Virus record (IMG/VR): IMGVR_UViG_3300023234_000110
Span: 1 to 24,721 of that record
Length of the DNA stretch: 24,721 nt
Reading direction: 5' to 3' (one strand)
From: a virus
Lineage: Duplodnaviria > Caudoviricetes
Shown: piece after piece, positions 23,398-24,721 of the stretch
How positions within the stretch are numbered: position 1 is the stretch's first letter
How the letters are laid out: every line of letters starts with the position of its first letter
The notes under the pieces: model-generated
What the model was told of the DNA's origin: nothing
Seen by the model: the letters and a program-made list of their open reading frames with translations, nothing else
Databases searched by the model: none
Made by a program: the position numbers and the translations under genes

Positions 23398-24060
23398 ATG
23401 AAAAAGGTTGTCTTATTCCTAATTGTATTCTCCTTACTTTGTGTTCCGTTGATTTCTGCGTCCGAAAGGGATTGTTCCCAGTTTTCTGATCCAATTATGA
23501 AGAACGATTCAATTGAACTTACACAGGTATGTACAACCTGTAGTTATGTTAATTTAACATATATCACCATTTCAAATGGGACTTCAATTCCCTATAATAG
23601 TGCAATGAGTAAGTCCGACATACATTTTTCTTATACTTATTCTCCACAACTTGAAGGGAGATATTTTTTTGGGGTCAAAGGTGACAAGGACGGAGTAGTC
23701 AAAACCGAATGTTTCTTTTTTGACGTAACCGCAAATGGGAACGATTCTCCCGCAGGTTCAACCATTAATATGTTTGTTATAATTTTCTTAATCTTTGTTG
23801 GAGGAATGTTAGGATTATTACTTTACACAATCTTTCACTTAATACAATGGGATTTTGATGCAAATGATTTAATAATAAATGTTTCAACTTATTTTGTTAT
23901 GTTTGCAGCTTATATTCTAGGAAAAACATATTTGGGTAATTCTTTCATAGACGACTTTTTAGTTTGGTTAATTGGAGTTGGTGGTTTAACAATGGTTATC
24001 CTCCCAATAATTGCATTTTTCATTTCATATGTTAAAGGAGGACTAAAGTCAAATGAATAA
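23398..24060 (+). CDS. Membrane glycoprotein: signal peptide, beta ectodomain, three C-terminal TMs
   Basis: QVCTTCSYVNLT motif, sequons, three hydrophobic segments. Confidence 0.82.
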   Translation: MKKVVLFLIVFSLLCVPLISASERDCSQFSDPIMKNDSIELTQVCTTCSYVNLTYITISNGTSIPYNSAMSKSDIHFSYTYSPQLEGRYFFGVKGDKDGVVKTECFFFDVTANGNDSPAGSTINMFVIIFLIFVGGMLGLLLYTIFHLIQWDFDANDLIINVSTYFVMFAAYILGKTYLGNSFIDDFLVWLIGVGGLTMVILPIIAFFISYVKGGLKSNE

Positions 24061-24283
24061 AGAAAAAGATTATAGTACCTTTAAAGTTTCAAGGAAATTA
24101 ATGGAAGCGATAAATGGGACAAAGAGGAGAAATGTTCAAATTGAATTATCCAAAGATGCTGGACATAGAGTTCCTCCACCCCCAAAAGTAAGTGTTCAAA
24201 GATATATTGCATTAGAGTTATCAAGATCCAATATGAGATTTAATATAAAAGATTGGGAGAAAGTTGTAAATGGTAAATACTAA
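24053..24283 (+). CDS. Small basic protein, possibly RHH-like
   Basis: STFKVSRKLMEAI strand-helix start; GGAGG SD. Confidence 0.65.
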   Translation: MNKEKDYSTFKVSRKLMEAINGTKRRNVQIELSKDAGHRVPPPPKVSVQRYIALELSRSNMRFNIKDWEKVVNGKY

Positions 24284-24721
24284 AGGACAAACAGACGTGA
24301 TTTATTTCATAGTGGCAGTTGTAGCTTTATTAATTCTAGCACCAATTATGTTGAAAGTAGTAAATACTTCCTTAACTGCGTTCTCTGGAGCAATAAACAC
24401 CACTTCCCCTGATGCATCAACTAATGTGGACTTCGTTCACACAACTTTTCTTAATTTCTGGGATTGGTTAATTGCAATTGGATTTTTAGTGAATGTGATA
24501 ATGTTATTTGTATTTAGTTTCATGGTAGATAGTCATCCGATATTCTCCCTATTCTACTTCATAAGTGCAATAATTGCATTAATGTTTTCCCACACAGTTA
24601 CAGCTCCAATTTCAACAATATTCGGATTGGATTCATTTGCAACAGAAGTTTTAGATCTTCCGATAACTGATTTCATTGTGACTAACTTTGATTTGTTATT
24701 ACTTGGAATAATAATCCTTAC
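24270..24721 (+). CDS. Multi-TM protein with class III (pilin-type) signal peptide, truncated by window; candidate virion coat protein
   Basis: MVNTKG/QTDVIYFIVAVVALLILAPIM...WDWLIAIGFLVNVIMLF...HPIF; open to the window end. Confidence 0.75.
   Translation, partial: MVNTKGQTDVIYFIVAVVALLILAPIMLKVVNTSLTAFSGAINTTSPDASTNVDFVHTTFLNFWDWLIAIGFLVNVIMLFVFSFMVDSHPIFSLFYFISAIIALMFSHTVTAPISTIFGLDSFATEVLDLPITDFIVTNFDLLLLGIIIL

Larger units (their letters stand above)
1..24721. mobile_element. Archaeal non-tailed virus/provirus or virus-like element (partial; no ends seen)
   Basis: Recombinase, packaging/extrusion-type ATPase, AAA+ helicase, MTases, fibre and membrane proteins, dozens of tiny overlapping ORFs; no housekeeping genes; archaeal promoter grammar. 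Confidence 0.85.

Overview
AT-rich, densely coded 24.7 kb segment of what looks like a non-tailed virus, provirus or virus-like element of an archaeon. The host is probably a DPANN (Pace-/Woesearchaeota-like) lineage, inferred from TATA-box promoters with leaderless starts, GGAGG(T) SD motifs, many N-glycosylation sequons and a class III (KG/Q) signal peptide. It encodes a minimal tyrosine recombinase with a dif-like site nearby, a Zot/FtsK-type P-loop ATPase, and membrane and secreted structural proteins (mosaic fibre, 7-blade beta-propeller, pilin-signal hydrophobic protein). It also carries a putative SSB, a PD-(D/E)xK nuclease, an AAA+ replicative helicase with internal iteron-like repeats, two DNA methyltransferases, and many small Zn-finger, HTH, RHH and membrane ORFs coupled by ATGA overlaps. 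No terminase, portal, HK97 capsid, CRISPR array or reverse transcriptase was seen. The most unusual locus is 14066-15230: a tRNA-like element, a chain of hairpins and a 9-unit NN-GGC repeat, then a nuclease gene, then a second structured region. Also notable are two interleaved pairs of long inverted promoter repeats and a TAAATATTTAAA promoter class sitting exactly 33 nt before ATG in five of seven cases. All product calls come from motif reading by eye; no searches were run.
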